64,000 nt of DNA, taken from assembly GCF_009914755.1 (NCBI RefSeq), contig NC_060933.1. One strand, given 5' to 3'. Shown here piece by piece: positions 42,446 through 56,168 of this stretch. Made by a program: the position numbers and the translations under genes. Position 1 is the first letter of the stretch, and each line of letters opens with the position of its first letter. Below the pieces are notes generated by a model. That model made no database searches. It was not told where the DNA came from and saw only the letters and a list, made by a program, of their open reading frames with translations. The DNA comes from the human T2T-CHM13v2.0 reference genome, Homo sapiens.

Positions 42446-42789
42446 TGTATGATTCAATTTCTATAAAATTCTAGAAAATGCAAACTGCTCTATTGCAATA
42501 GAAAGCATATCAGTGTCTGGGGAAAGAAGTGAAGGGAGAAATGGATTACAAAGGGCACCAGGAAACTCAGAGGAATGGAAATGTTCATTATTTTGATGGT
42601 AGCGATGGTAGTGTTTAAGACCCTTCCCCTTAAAGCTTGGGTTTCTTCTCCTTCCTAACTGCTACCCCTGCCTAGAATTTTACTCCACCCAGCCCCAGCA
42701 TCCCATTCTCTTGATTCCTGAGCCCCAGCTCCCTCAATCAACACTTACTCTGAAACCTTATGTACTGCAGTATTATATTCACTTTTTGT

Positions 42790-43272
42790 TTTATTTCTAT
42801 TCTATTGTACTGTAACAAATTACTACAAATCCAGTAGCTTAAGACAACACAAATCTATTATTTTAGAGTTCTGTAGCTCAGAAACCCAACATGGGTCTCA
42901 CTGTACTAAAATCAACGTGTCGGTAGGGCTGCATTCCCTTCTGGAAGCTTTGGAGAGAGTCACTGACTTGCCTTGTCCATCTTCTAGAGGCAACCCACAT
43001 TCTTTTTCTCCATCTTCAAAATCAGCAACATAACATCTCTCCAACCCTGCTTTATTATCACATCTCTTTGACTGTCTTCTTCTCCTCCCTCTTCTGCTTT
43101 TAAGGCCTCTTGTGATTAAACTAGGCCCCCCAGAATAACCCATGATAATCTCCTTAGTTTAAGGTCAGCTGATTAGCAACCTTAATTCCTGTTGCCATGT
43201 AAACCAATATATTTACAGGCTCTGGAGATGAGGGAGTGAATATTTTGGGGGAGCCATAATTCTGTCTAGACA
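42790..43272 (-). mobile_element. MLT1D-type MaLR LTR
   Basis: ctgtaacaaattactacaaa..aaggtcagctgattagcaaccttaattcc..ggggagccataattctg. Confidence 0.88.
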
Positions 43273-43837
43273 AGTGTCACTTCTCAATGTTTCCTCTTCC
43301 CTTCTGGACACTCTCCTCATCCCTACACACCCCCATCCCTGATCTAGGGAAGAATGGATTCTGGACTGACTGAATCCCCAAATGATCACTGGGGCCCATC
43401 TTGTCCCATCTACTCTCCTCAAAGGTCTGGGAGGGCCACCGGCCAGGCCACCCCATGGTCTTCTATCTGCCTGAACTTCCTAGAAACAGGTAGGGCAGAA
43501 GACACTAGAATAAGTAAAAGAAAGTTGGGACACAGTGTAAAATTCAAGGACCCAGAAAGACCAGTACACACAGTGCTATTGCTGAGGCTGGTCTTGGTCC
43601 TGATCAAACACAACATGAACACACAGGCCACTGAGCATGTGTGTTGAGACTTCAACAGGAAATTCCTTAGGAACAGCCTTCATAGGCAAAATTATAAAAA
43701 TCAATTGCATTGTCAGATCATCTACATTTTGCTTTAGGAAAAAAAAATAAAAAATAAAAATCCCAACTCAGACAGCTGTGAAACATGTTATGGAATCAGC
43801 CCTAGAGAGTCCTAGTAACCACCGTGAAAGACTTCCT

Positions 43838-44380
43838 TGTTTTTTATTATTATACTTTAAGTTCTGGGATACATGTGCAGAACCTACAGGTTTGTTACAT
43901 AGGTATACACGTGCCATGGTGGTTTGCTGCACCCATCAACCTGTCATCTACATTAGGTATTTCTCCTGATGCTATCCCTCCCCTGCCCTCCCCCACTCCC
44001 CGACAGGTCTCGGTGTGTGATGTTTCCTTCCCTGTGTCCATGTGTTCTCATTGTTCAACTCCTAGTTATGAGTGAGAACATGTGGTGTTTGGTTTTCTGT
44101 TCCTGTGTTAGTTTGCCGAGAATGATGGTTTCCAGCTTCACCCATATCGCTGCAAAGGACATGAACTCATCCTTTTTCATAGCTGCATAGTACTCCATGG
44201 TATATATGTGCCACATTTTCTTTATCCAGTCTATCACTGATGAGCATTTGGGTCGGTTCCAAGTCTTTCCTATTGTGAATAGTGCTGCAATAAACATACA
44301 TGTGCATGTGTCTTTATAGTGGAATGATTTATAATCCTTTGGGTATATACCCAGTAATGGGATTGCTGGGTCAAATGGTT
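43838..44380 (-). mobile_element. L1PA7/8-type 3' fragment
   Basis: ttatactttaagttctgggatacatgtgcagaa; ORF 44055..44297 is the L1 ORF2 tail. Confidence 0.93.
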
Positions 44381-45197
44381 TAAACTTCTAAACAAAGATT
44401 TAAGGGAAGTTACAGAGATAGATCAGAAAGGTCCCCCATGCCCTTTGCCCAGTTCACCAGTGGTTGTATCCTACATAACTAAAGTACAATATCAAAATTA
44501 GGAAACTGACATTTGCACAACATGTGTGTATAACTCTATGCCATAAGACTTAACATTTTTAAAAATATAACTGGACAAATGTATATTCCGATATCCACCA
44601 CTCAGTCAGAATCCTACAAAGATGGTAGCAGCACTCCATACAACTTGTGGATTCACCTCCTACCAAGAGGTCTACATTGGGTGGCTTTTAAGGAGTGACA
44701 CAACCTTAAGGTCAAGTAGTCAAGTATACAGTAAAGCACAGAGAACTTGACAAGAACCTACACCAGAATTGTGAAACCACCACCACAGACACTTCCCCTG
44801 CCCTGCTGGGAGCTCAGTCCTCATGGCACACCTGCTCAAATGAGGAAATGCTTTTTAAACATTTTGATATGGTTTTCCTCAGTGTACGGGAACTCTTTAA
44901 ACTCTCTCTTTAGAGAGAGCAGATTGAATTACCATCTCAGGAGTACATTTCTCTCCATCACAGGCATGAACTCAAGAAAAATCCTCTCAATCAGCCCCAC
45001 AAAATATCAGAAAATGTTAGACCTACAATCGCCCGTAAAGACTTTCTAGTTTGGTTGAATCCTTTTATTTACAGATGAGAAAACTGAAATCTGGGGAGTG
45101 GAGAGATCACTAATCACTTAGTCATAAGCTAGCTAGTGGTTGTTCTAGAATTAGAACCTGAGTCTTCTAATCCCCAAGTTGGCACATTTCTTAGTAT

Positions 45198-45900
45198 TGA
45201 AACCGCCTTTGCAAAAATTATAACTGAGGAAATTATGACAATGGAAGAGATCAGATCTAACCAACTTCATCTTCCTTCTAACCTTTAAGCTGTCCTTGTT
45301 CATTCCTGGGCAGAGGCCGAACTAACCTTGGGAAAATTGATAGTAGCCCTTTCCCCTCCCCCAGAAAACCTTCTTGCCTGGGGACCAGCCTGCCTTTGTA
45401 GAACTAACAAATTAGCTACAAGATTAGAAGTTATGGTTTAGGAGTCATGCAGCCTCCAGCTGCAAGTCTGAACCTCTCCAAATTGCTCCTGGAAATAACA
45501 TCACTATTGTAAAACCTAAGATCAGTGCTTGAGATATTTTGCAGACCCTGCACTCAGTGCACCAGCTGACACCATCCAGAATAGTAATCTGGCTCAACCA
45601 GTTCTGCAATCCCATCCAGGAATGGATGACAGCAAGAGGGAGTCACTTCGACCCCCTATGATTCCATCTCCAACCTGACCAATCAGCACTACCCACTTCC
45701 CAAGCACCTAGCCGCCAAGCTCTCCTTAAAAACTCTAATCCCCAAATGCTCTCAGAGAGACTGATTTGAGTAATAATAAAACTCCAGTCTCCTGCAGAGC
45801 CAGCTCTGCCTAAGTTACTCTTTCTCCATTGCAGTTTTCCCATCTTGATAAATCAGCTCTGTCAAGGCAGTGGGCAAGATTAACCTTTTGGGCAGTTACA
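45198..45900 (+). mobile_element. LTR8 solo LTR (ERV1)
   Basis: TGAAACCGCCTTTGCAAAA...GGCAGTTACA; 4-bp TSD GTAT (45194-45197 / 45901-45904). Confidence 0.9.
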
Positions 45901-47039
45901 GTATCCATATTATCTATCTTCAAATATATACTCCTGAAATTTTAACATGATTTTTGTTGAGATTTCAAGAGCGTGCATTTGAAGATAGCTAAAAAAAGGA
46001 ATAACACTATGAGATGCACAATACCATGTGCAATGAATTTGAGTGGCACAGAAATTGTTAGGACACTGGTAAAGAGACTATTGAAATATACCAAAGAATA
46101 TATATCATGTTGGCTTCAACTCAAGTGATGGCAATACAATTGAAAAGAAGCAAAAGAATTCAAGACATATTGTGGAAGTAGAATCAGAATCAGCTCAACT
46201 CTGTCATCTGGATCATCAGTTACAAATTTCTGAATCTTCCAGGAAAGTCTAAGCATTCAGTCTATGACCATGAAACAGACCAAGGGTGAGTAAGAAATCT
46301 GCCCTCATTGTCACTGTCATTATTAGGACCCACCAACACTGCTTAGTTCAGACTGTTCCACTTATCTTGGCAAAAAACACCTACTTCTTTCACACATTTA
46401 CAGACATAACTTCTCCCATGCACTTAGACAGCTTCCTACCTAAAAAATTGACATACATATTGTGCCCCAGGATTAGGCTCAATTGAGCACTTGGCATTGG
46501 AGTATTGCCCGTCTCTGTCTATATCCACTCTGCCATATCTTTCTGTTAGATCTACTCATAAGTTCAAGTCATCCCAGGTTTAGTTGCACATTAAAAGCTT
46601 ATTACCCTGTGTTTCCAGAAAGGCAAAGCAGTAGCAGCACCCCTGCTGCTCGTGTAAATATGGAATTATCTAGGCTGGTTCATGGATCTACCCCTGCTAC
46701 CCAAGATCCTCCAGTTCCCTGAAGGAACTAGAATCCAACCCTGAAAACCTAACCTGTCAGCCAGGGGAAGCTGACCTCTTGTCTAATGTCTGTAGCCTTG
46801 TGCTGAGACTGGTTTTCCACACCTCTCACTTTGTCTCCCACACTCCTCCCAGGCTGGCAACCCAGACATGCATTGACACCTAGAACCATTGCTGACCCAA
46901 GACCCTTTTTTGCTCTCTGTGTGCTTCTCTTGGATTGGATACTGGAACAGATGAGAGTTAGTTTTGCCACATTCCCCTAGGCTTAGTTTTGGTCTTCCCA
47001 TAGGGGAAAGTCAGCCTGGTTTGTTTACTTCAAATGATA

Positions 47040-47670
47040 AAGGAAAAAGAGAATGGGAAACTCTCAAGTACTGCTAATTGAAATGTAAATGCATGCATCC
47101 ACTCTGAAGAGAAATTTAGCAAAATCTTGAGAAGTTAAAGATGCATGTATCCTGTAATCCTACTCCCAGGTATATGTCCTCAGAGAAATAAATGATATGG
47201 TCACAATAAATAAATACAAGATTGTTCATAGCCACTTTATTCTTAATAGGAAAAATTTTAAATAACCCAAATATTCAATAGAAGAATGTATAAACAAACT
47301 GTGGTGTAGTTATAAAATAGAATATTACCCAGCATTTAAAAAAAAACTTACGAATATACACAATAATATTGATGGCTCTTAGAAATACTATGTTGAGCAA
47401 AAAACATAAGACTCAAAGTGTACATACTGTGTGATTCCATTTAAGAACAGGCAAAACTAATCAAAGTAGTGGTTAACTCTGGCAGGATGTGGAGATTGGG
47501 GCTTATGACTGGAATAGGACATAAGGAAACTTTCCGGGGTGATAAAAATATTCTATTTGTATCTGGGTGGTGGTCACTTGGTCTTATACATGTGTGAAAA
47601 GTCATCAGGTTGTACACTTACAATTTGTGTGTTTTACTGTATCTAAATTATACCCCAAAGGTATAAAACA
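47040..47670 (+). mobile_element. L1ME 3' fragment
   Basis: tacatactgtgtgattccattt..acaggcaaaactaatc. Confidence 0.8.
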
Positions 47671-48654
47671 AAAGCAAGTAACATCGATATGTTATCAATA
47701 TGTTTTAAATAGAGATAAGCAAAAGGAGTGAATAAAATCATTCACTTCCCACCGTTCAGATATAACTACTAAGTGATTTTTGTAGTTACGTTTTTTTAAT
47801 TTTATAAATCATATTGCTTTTTAAATCAGCTCTTTTCTATTTAACATCATCATTTAATTGTTTTATAAGAAGTGATCTTCAAACTTTCTAGCAGCAGAAA
47901 TCTTTCCTGAAACAAAATTTTATGTGAGCCCCCAACATACAGATATTGTTCCAGTGAGAACATATTTAGGAAGTCCTGCTCTTCCTGTTCTTTGCCCTCC
48001 TCTGGCAGCCTCTGAGCCATCATAATGGTACCAGGTAGTCTGAAAATCACTGTCTCCATTTCATTTTTAATAACTGGATTCCAGTTCATGAGTGACCCAC
48101 AATTTAACTCTGAGAATAACAAAAATGTCAACATCTTGAGTATTCAAAGCCTCTTCTTTATTTTCCACCCTTGAAGGAAATCCTGCAGTTGTCTGATCAG
48201 AATTGACTCCATTCACCCAGTTCACCCCAAATATCCCTCAAAAGGGATTGTTTTGTCCAATTCAGTACTAAAGAATGTAAAAAGAAATGTTTTAGGTAGT
48301 CTTTTTGACATGAAGCCAAAGAGACTCTGTGAGGTCTTACACTAGAGGGAAAGTATTAGCAGCTAGAAAACAGACACAGGAAACGGAAAGTTGACGAGGA
48401 AGACGATAATGCTGGGTGCAAGAAAGAATTTGATATAAATTTTGGACAAAAGTAATAGAATTGGAAGCAGCTGCAAAGAACAGGAAAGATACTGGGAGTT
48501 AGAGGTATTTGACATTGTCAAATACAGTTGGATAAGGAAAGCTCCAAAATGCTTCTCCTCTTTTTTTTCCATCCAAAATCAATTTTTCTTTATTAATTTA
48601 TGAAGTACATTGTGTATCATTGCTTGAATCTGATTGCATTTCCATGACTTAAAA

Positions 48655-49560
48655 TTTTTTAATTTTATTCTTAATCGACAAATGATAATTGTATATATGG
48701 GGTTCAATGTGATGTTTCTATATATGTATACATTGTGGCAGGATTAAATAAAGGTAATTAATAAATCCATCACCTCATATATTTACCATTTTTGTGGTGA
48801 AAACATTTAAAATCTACTCTTTTAGCAATTTTGAAATACACATGGCATTATTAATTATTATAGTCACTATTCTGTGCTATAGATCACTAAAGCTCATTCC
48901 TCCTAACTAAAACTTGGTACCCTTTTATCAACATCTCCCCTTTCCCCATCCACCTCTGTCTCCCACGCCCTTGGTAACCAGCATTCTACTCCTATGAGTT
49001 CAACTTTTTTAGATTCCACATGTGAGATAATACAGTGTTTGCCTTTCTGTACCTGGCTCATTTCACTTAGCATAATGTCCTCCAGGCTCATGCATGTTAC
49101 CACAAATGACAGAATTTTCTTTTTTAAGGCTGAACAGTATTCCATTGCATATGTACAATACCATATTTTCTTTATCCACTCATCTGATGATGGACACATA
49201 GGTTGCTTTCATATCTTGGCTATTGTGAATAATGCTGCAATAACTGGGGAGTGCAGACATCTCTTCAGCATACTGATTTCAGTTCCTTTGGATATATACC
49301 CAGAAAAGGACTGCTGGATCACATAGTAATTCTATTTTTAGTTTTTTGAGGAACCTCCATAACATTTTCCATAATGGTGATACTAATTTACATTTCTTGC
49401 AACAGCACCCAGGGGTTCCCTTTTCTCCACATCTTTGCCAACACTTATCTTTCATCTTTTTTATAACAGCCATTTTAGCAAGTGTAATGTAATAGCTCAT
49501 TGTAGTTTTAATTTGCATTTCTCTGATCTGAGCATTTTTTCATGTATAACTGTTGGCCAT
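48655..49560 (-). mobile_element. L1MA 3' fragment
   Basis: ORFs 48903..49199 and 49279..49518 match the L1 ORF2 C-terminus. Confidence 0.9.
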
Positions 49561-52500
49561 ACAATGCTTTTTCTAAGATAACTGTTAACTAGTGCTCACT
49601 CAAGTTTTTATAATGCAGCATTTTTCCTGCTGATTTAAAATGAATTTATAACATAACTTGTTGTATGTTAATGTTATATACACTTGTGACTCTTTCTAGA
49701 CTTTTAATTCTATTGCTGTGATCTACCTGTCTACTTCTAAACCAGTTCTAAGTAGAACAAATTACTACAGCTTTGTAACATTTTAATAACTTATAGGACA
49801 AGTCTCCCTTCATCACTTTTTAAAATATTTTCATTAGATATATTTTACTTTTTTGAATGTTTGCAACTCCATCTAAACTTTAGAATCATGTTGCCAAATT
49901 TTCAACATCTGTCATTGGTTACAATTAATTTGGTTACAATTTAATTTGTAGAGGAATTTAGAGAAAATTTACACTTTCATAATTTTGAGTCTTTTCATCC
50001 AGAAATATGGTCTGTCTCTCCACTTATTGAAGTCTCCTCTTATCCCTTAGAAAGTATTGTTGCTTTTTTCATATAGTTCAGCACATTTTCTGCTAAGTTA
50101 ATTCCCAGGTTTCTGTATTTTTAATTGTGATTGTGAAAGGGATATTTTTTCCATTACATTCTCTAGCTGGTTTTTGTTTTCTAAGAATGCTACTATACAC
50201 ACACACACACACACACGTATATACATACATGTGTATATGCATATGTACATATGTATGTATATGTGTGTACATACATACATAACCAGATAGCCTACCAAAA
50301 ATTCATATTAGCCCTAAAACCTCTTCATTTGATAACCTTATATATTCTAAATATTTTCTAGGTTATAATAATTGCATCCCTTCTTTCCAATATTTATACT
50401 TATTCTTAGTTTAAAATAATAGCTAGGAACCGCCATAATGGCATTAAATATTTTCAGTGATATTTGGCACCTCTAATGGAATGCTCCTAAGGTTTCATCA
50501 TTAAGTAAGATGTTTATTCTGAGTTTCTTATAAATAGTATGTTAAGAAAATCTACTTTTGGTCCTACCTTACTGGCAGTTTGAATTAATTAACATAAAAT
50601 ATATTTTACTAAATGCCTTTCGGGCATCATGTTTGTTCCTCTTTTAGCTCATTAAATGTAGGTAATTACATTAATAAATTTTGTGTTTATCCAAAAATCC
50701 TGAATTAAACCCTACATTGTACAGTTATGATATAATATATTTAATATTGTATAGAAATCAATTTTTATATTTCTATGGAATATTTACATCTATTTTCATA
50801 AGTGAGATTGATATAGTTGCATATGTGTGTTTGTATGGGCATGCTAGTTTGGTCAGATTTGGATATCAGAATTATGCCTGCTTCAAAAAAACTGAATTGA
50901 GAAAATTTCTGCATATTTCTAATATTCAAAATATCTACTTAATAAAAGAGATATCTGCTCCTTGAACATTTTTAGGAATTATCCACAAAAATCATCAGTC
51001 TAACATTTTCTGGATAGAATAGATCTTCAACAATCTTTACAATTTCTTGTATAATTGCTGGTGTATGCAGATCTTAATTACTTTTAGAAATTTGATTGTG
51101 TATGTGTGTGTGTGTGTGTGTGTCTCTACAACCTGGAGGTAGTCTCCAAGACTTCCAGTGAAAGTGATAATGAAGCTTGAATTTGGGATGCTTCACACAC
51201 AAATCTTGCTCTGTCTCTAAACTTTCTTAAGAAATTAGAAAAAGAAGACCAAACTGAACCAAAAATAAGTAAAGATAAGGGCAGAAAGCAGCCAAATAGA
51301 GACAATAGAGAAAATTAACAAAGCCAAGTTTGTTCTTTGAAAAGTATAATAAACTTGATCAACCCCTAACAAAACTGATAAGGAAAATCATCCATTTATC
51401 ATGACTTTCAGATCCATTAGTTAAAGATGAGTGTTATGTTCATATGCAATTTCTTATCTCCCTTGTATCTGTGGTTTCATGCCTATTTCCAGTCTTATTT
51501 TTGTGTCTGTTTTTCTTCTTTGATTTGCCTTATTTATCTCAACATACAAAATGGACTTACCATTCCATTCTCTGCGTTTACCAATTCTGTAACTTATGCA
51601 TTTAATTTTGTTAGTTTTCACATCCTACATTCTCAATTATATTCACTGTTCTATTTCTTCTTTTTTTTTCTTCAAGTTCCAGGGTACATGTGCAGGATAT
51701 GCAGGTTTGTTACACAGGTGTACTGTGGTATTTTGCTGCACAGATCAACCCATCACCTAGGTATTAAGCCCAGCATCCATTAGCTATTCTTCCTGATGCT
51801 TTCTCTCCCCTGACCCCACCCCTAATAGGCCCCAGTGTGTGTTGTTTCCCACCATGTGTACATGTGCTCCCGCTTATAAGTGAGAACATCCGGTGTTTGG
51901 TTTTCTGTTCCTGCTTTAGTTTGCTGAGGACAACGGCTTCCAGTGCTATCCATGTCTCTGCAAAGGACATGATCTCATTCCTTTTTATGGCTGCATAGTA
52001 TTCCATGGTGTATATATACCACATTGATCCTAATTTCTTTATTCATTCTTCTCATTTCTCATCTTTAATATCAAAATATGTTTAAGGCTACAAATCTGCT
52101 CTGAATACTACTTTGGCCATACTTATAAGGTTTTTTTTTTAATAGGCTTTTTTAGAATTGTATTTCTATTGATAAATAATAGTTGTACATATTTTGGGAG
52201 TACCTGTGATATTTTTATACCAATATACCATGTGTGGTGATCAAATCAGGGTAATTGGAATATCTATCATTGCAAACATTTATCTTTTGTGTTGGGAACA
52301 TTACAAGTCTTCTCTTCTAGCTATTTTGAAATATACAAGTTATTGTTAACTATAGTAATCCTATTGTGCAAACACCAGAACTTATTCCTCCTATCTAACT
52401 ATATTTTTGTACCCCTTAACCAATTTCTCTTTATCTCCCCTACCCCTCAGTCTCTGGTAATCACCATTCTACTCTCTACCTCAATGAACATACTCTACAT

Positions 52501-54704
52501 TTTTAGTAGTAATTTTCATGTCATTAATGTATACATTTTCTCTTGGCCCCAAAAAGTGATTTAAGAGAGTGTCTGTTAAAATATTCAAGAATTTATGGGG
52601 TTTTTTTGCTCTTGTTTGTTAACCATTAACCATCAATTTCAAATTTTTATAACGTAGTCAGAAACTGTGGCCTCTATATTTTCTGCTTTTGGAAATTACA
52701 GTTTTCTATCTGGACTACCATATAATCATATTTTGTAAATGTTTAAAGTGGACACTGGGAAAGAATGTATATTGTCTCTTTGTAGGTTATAGAGTTTAAT
52801 ATTTACCACTGATTTTTATAGATCCTCATTTCTTTATATCCTTATTTTCATTATATCCTCATTCTGTCAATTACTGCGAGAGTTGTGTCAGAAATTTCTT
52901 GCAGTTACTGTGGTCACTGCAAATCCCTCCTGTATTTATAATAGTTTTGTTTATATATTTCAGATATAAATTTGTTTATATATTTCAGATATAAACATTT
53001 CTTATAAAGTATATCTTTATCAATACAAAATGCATTATCATTTCATTTAATGTTTCATGTAATGCTTTTGCCTTGAAATCTACTATGTCTGATAATAATA
53101 TTGCTACCCATCTGTTTGTTCTTTACTACAATTTTTGCCCAAATTTTATTTTTAACCTTCTTAGATCATTGCTATAATGGCATATATAAAGCTGTTAGTT
53201 TTGTTTTTATAGAGGTAAAATATACATACTATGAAATGCCCAATCTTGAGTATACAATTCAAGTTCTGATAAATGTATATACCCATGCAACCACTATTCT
53301 GATCAAGAGATCAAAAACATCCACCACTCCAAAGTTACCACATACTACCATAGGCAACCACTGTTCGTTCTTCTATCAACATAAATTTTGCCTGTTCTAG
53401 AAGTTTATATAAATAGAATTATTCAATATGTACTCTTTTATGTCTGGCTTCTTTCACTCAATATGTTTTCATGATTTGCTCTTGTTGTTGCATATATCAG
53501 TATTACATACTTTTTTCTTCCTGAGTAGTAGTCTTTTATATGAATTATATCACAATTTATCTTCCTGCTTACAGACACTTCCTTTCAGTTTGAGGCTAGT
53601 ATGAATAAAGTTGCAGTGAACATTCTTATACATGTCTTTTTGTGGGTATACATCTTCATTTCTTTTGGACAAATACCTAGAAGTAGAATTTCTGGGCCAC
53701 AGCATAGGTATATGATTAAATTTAAGAGAAACTGAAAAAATATTTTCCAAAGTGAGGTACAATTTTATACCCTCATCAGAAGCTTCTCCAATTTTAGCCT
53801 TTCTAGTGGGTATAAAATGGTATCTCATAATTTTAATTGGCATTTTCCCAAAGACTAATGATATTGAGCAATTTCACAAATAGCATATTGACTATTTGTA
53901 CATCTTCCTTGATGAGCTACATGTTCAAGTACTTTGCTCATTTTCTATTAAGTTGTTACTATTACTGATTTGTAGGAGTCTTTATTTATTCTGGACAAAA
54001 ATCCTTTGTCTCCAATATATGTATTGCAAATATTTTCTCCCACTATCTTTTCCTTTTCCATTTTTGTTATGGTAACTTTTGATGAGCAAAAGTTTGTAAT
54101 TCCAACTCATCACTTTTTTCCTTTCTGTTTAGTGCTATTTATGCCCTAAGAAATCTTTGCCTAACACAAATTTGTGAAGATATCCTCTTGCATTTTCTTC
54201 TAGCTTTATAGTTTTAATTTCACGTTTGGGTCTATAATTTATCTCTAAGTATTTTGTGGGTTTTGGTGTTGTCGTATAGAATTGTGTTATTCATTCCATT
54301 TTCCAATTGCTTGCTGCTGATTTATAAAAATACACTTTTTATATTGACCTTGTATCCTGCAGCCTTTCTAAATTCATTTATTAGTTCTAGTAGTTGTTTT
54401 GTAGATTCCTGAAGATTTTCTATGTAAAAAAATGATGTCTGTGAGAAAGAGGTGGTTGTACTTTCTTTCCAAGCTTTGTAGCTTTTATTAGGTTAGCGCA
54501 AAGTAATTGTGGTTTTTGCTAATATTTCTTTTTCTTGCCTCATTAGAACAGGTACGACCTCCAGTACAATATAGAATAGAAGTAGTAAGAAAGGATATCC
54601 ATGCTTTGCTCTCAGTCACGGGGGAAGGCTTTTAATATTTCAGTGTTCAATATGATGCCACTATAGGTTTTGTAGATTTTTTTTTCAGGTTAAAAAATTT
54701 CATT

Positions 54705-55326
54705 CTTTTTTTTTTCTGCCTGAAGACAGGATCTCACTCTGTCACCCATGCTTACAAGCAGTCCACCTGACTCAGCTTCCCAAGTAGCTAAGACTACAGG
54801 CACGCACACCACCATGCCTGGAAAACTTTTGTTTGTTTGTAGGGACAGGATATTGCTATGTTGCCTAAACTGGTCTCTAACTCCTGGCGTCAAGTGATCT
54901 TCCTGCCTTTAGCCTCACAAAGTACTAGATAATATGGTTAGGCTTTGTGTCCCCACCCAAATCTCATATTGAATTGCAATCCCCAGGTGTTGAGGGAGAG
55001 ACCTGGTGGGAGGTGGTTGGAGCTTGAGGATGTTTCCCCCCCATGCTGTTCTCATGATAGTGAGTGAGTTCTCATGAGATCTGATGGTTTTATAAGTGTT
55101 CGGTAGTTCTTCTCTTGCTCACTCTTCTCATCTGCCACCATGTACGACGTGCCTGCTTCCCCTTCCACCATGATTGTAAGTTTCCTGAGGCCTCCCCAGC
55201 CATGCGGAACTGAGTCAATTAAATCTCCTTCCTTTATAAATTACCCAATCTCAGGTATTCCTTTATAGCAGTGTGAAAGCAGACTAATACACTAGGATGA
55301 TAGGCATAAGCCATTGCACCTGACCT
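54705..55326 (-). mobile_element. AluJ-like element split by a THE1/MST LTR
   Basis: The Alu breaks at caaagtactag and resumes at ctaggatgataggcataagcca. Confidence 0.85.
54930..55291 (+). mobile_element. THE1D/MSTA-type MaLR solo LTR
   Basis: t(a)atatggttaggctttgtgtccccacccaaatctc...agactaataca; 5-bp TSD ctag(a/g). Confidence 0.9.
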
Positions 55327-55890
55327 CTTTGTATTCTTTATTTGCTGAATCAGGAATATTTGAACTATTTCTGAACTTTTCTGAATTTATTAAGAGGACT
55401 ATATCATTTTCCTCCTTTATTATGTTAATACGTGAAATACATTAATTGATTTTTGGATTAAACAATCTTGTACTCCTGGGATAAACCCCACTTGGTCATG
55501 ATGTACTAACATTTTTATATATTGCTGTATTCAACATAATATTTCATTAAGGATTTTTGTGTCTATGATCATAAGGAATATTGATGAATTTTCTTTGCTT
55601 GAAATATTTTTCTCAGATTTTGGTATCTGGATAATGTCTGCCTCATAAAATGGGCTCCTCAATTTTCTGAATTTACCTAACTTTAATATTATTACTTGTT
55701 TGTGATATTCACCAAAGAAACCATATGGACCTGGAGTTTTCTTCATGGGGGTAAAGTTTTTTTGCCACAAATTCAAATTTTTAGATATAAGGCTATTCAT
55801 TTTTTCTATTCCATCTTGCATTAGCTTAATCTGAGAACATGTCTAATTTATTGAATTTTTTCGTATAAAATTTTCATAATATTCCCTTAT

Positions 55891-56168
55891 TATTTTTTTT
55901 TAATTGAGATGGAGTTTCACTCGTTGCCCAGGCTGTACAGTGGTGCAATCTCAGCTCACTGCAACCTCTGCCTCCCAGGTTCAAGTGATTCTCCTGCCTC
56001 AGCCTCCTGAGTAGTTGGGATTACAGGCGTGCACTACCAGGCCCAGCTAATTTTGTATTTTTAGTAGAGATGGGGTTTCACCATGTTGGTCAGGCTGGTT
56101 TTGAACTCCTGACCTCAAGTGATCCACCCACCTCTGCCTCCAAAGTGCATGAGCCACTGTGCCCAGCC
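55891..56168 (-). mobile_element. AluS
   Basis: Antisense Alu; TSD cttattatt. Confidence 0.93.

Larger units (their letters stand above)
38808..42607 (+). repeat. Direct duplication, copy A 38808-39579 (Alu-interrupted) and copy B 41573-42607 (L1PB-interrupted)
   Basis: About 450 bp collinear match spanning L1MC-end, L2-end and L1ME junctions; roughly 85-90% identity by eye. Confidence 0.93.
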
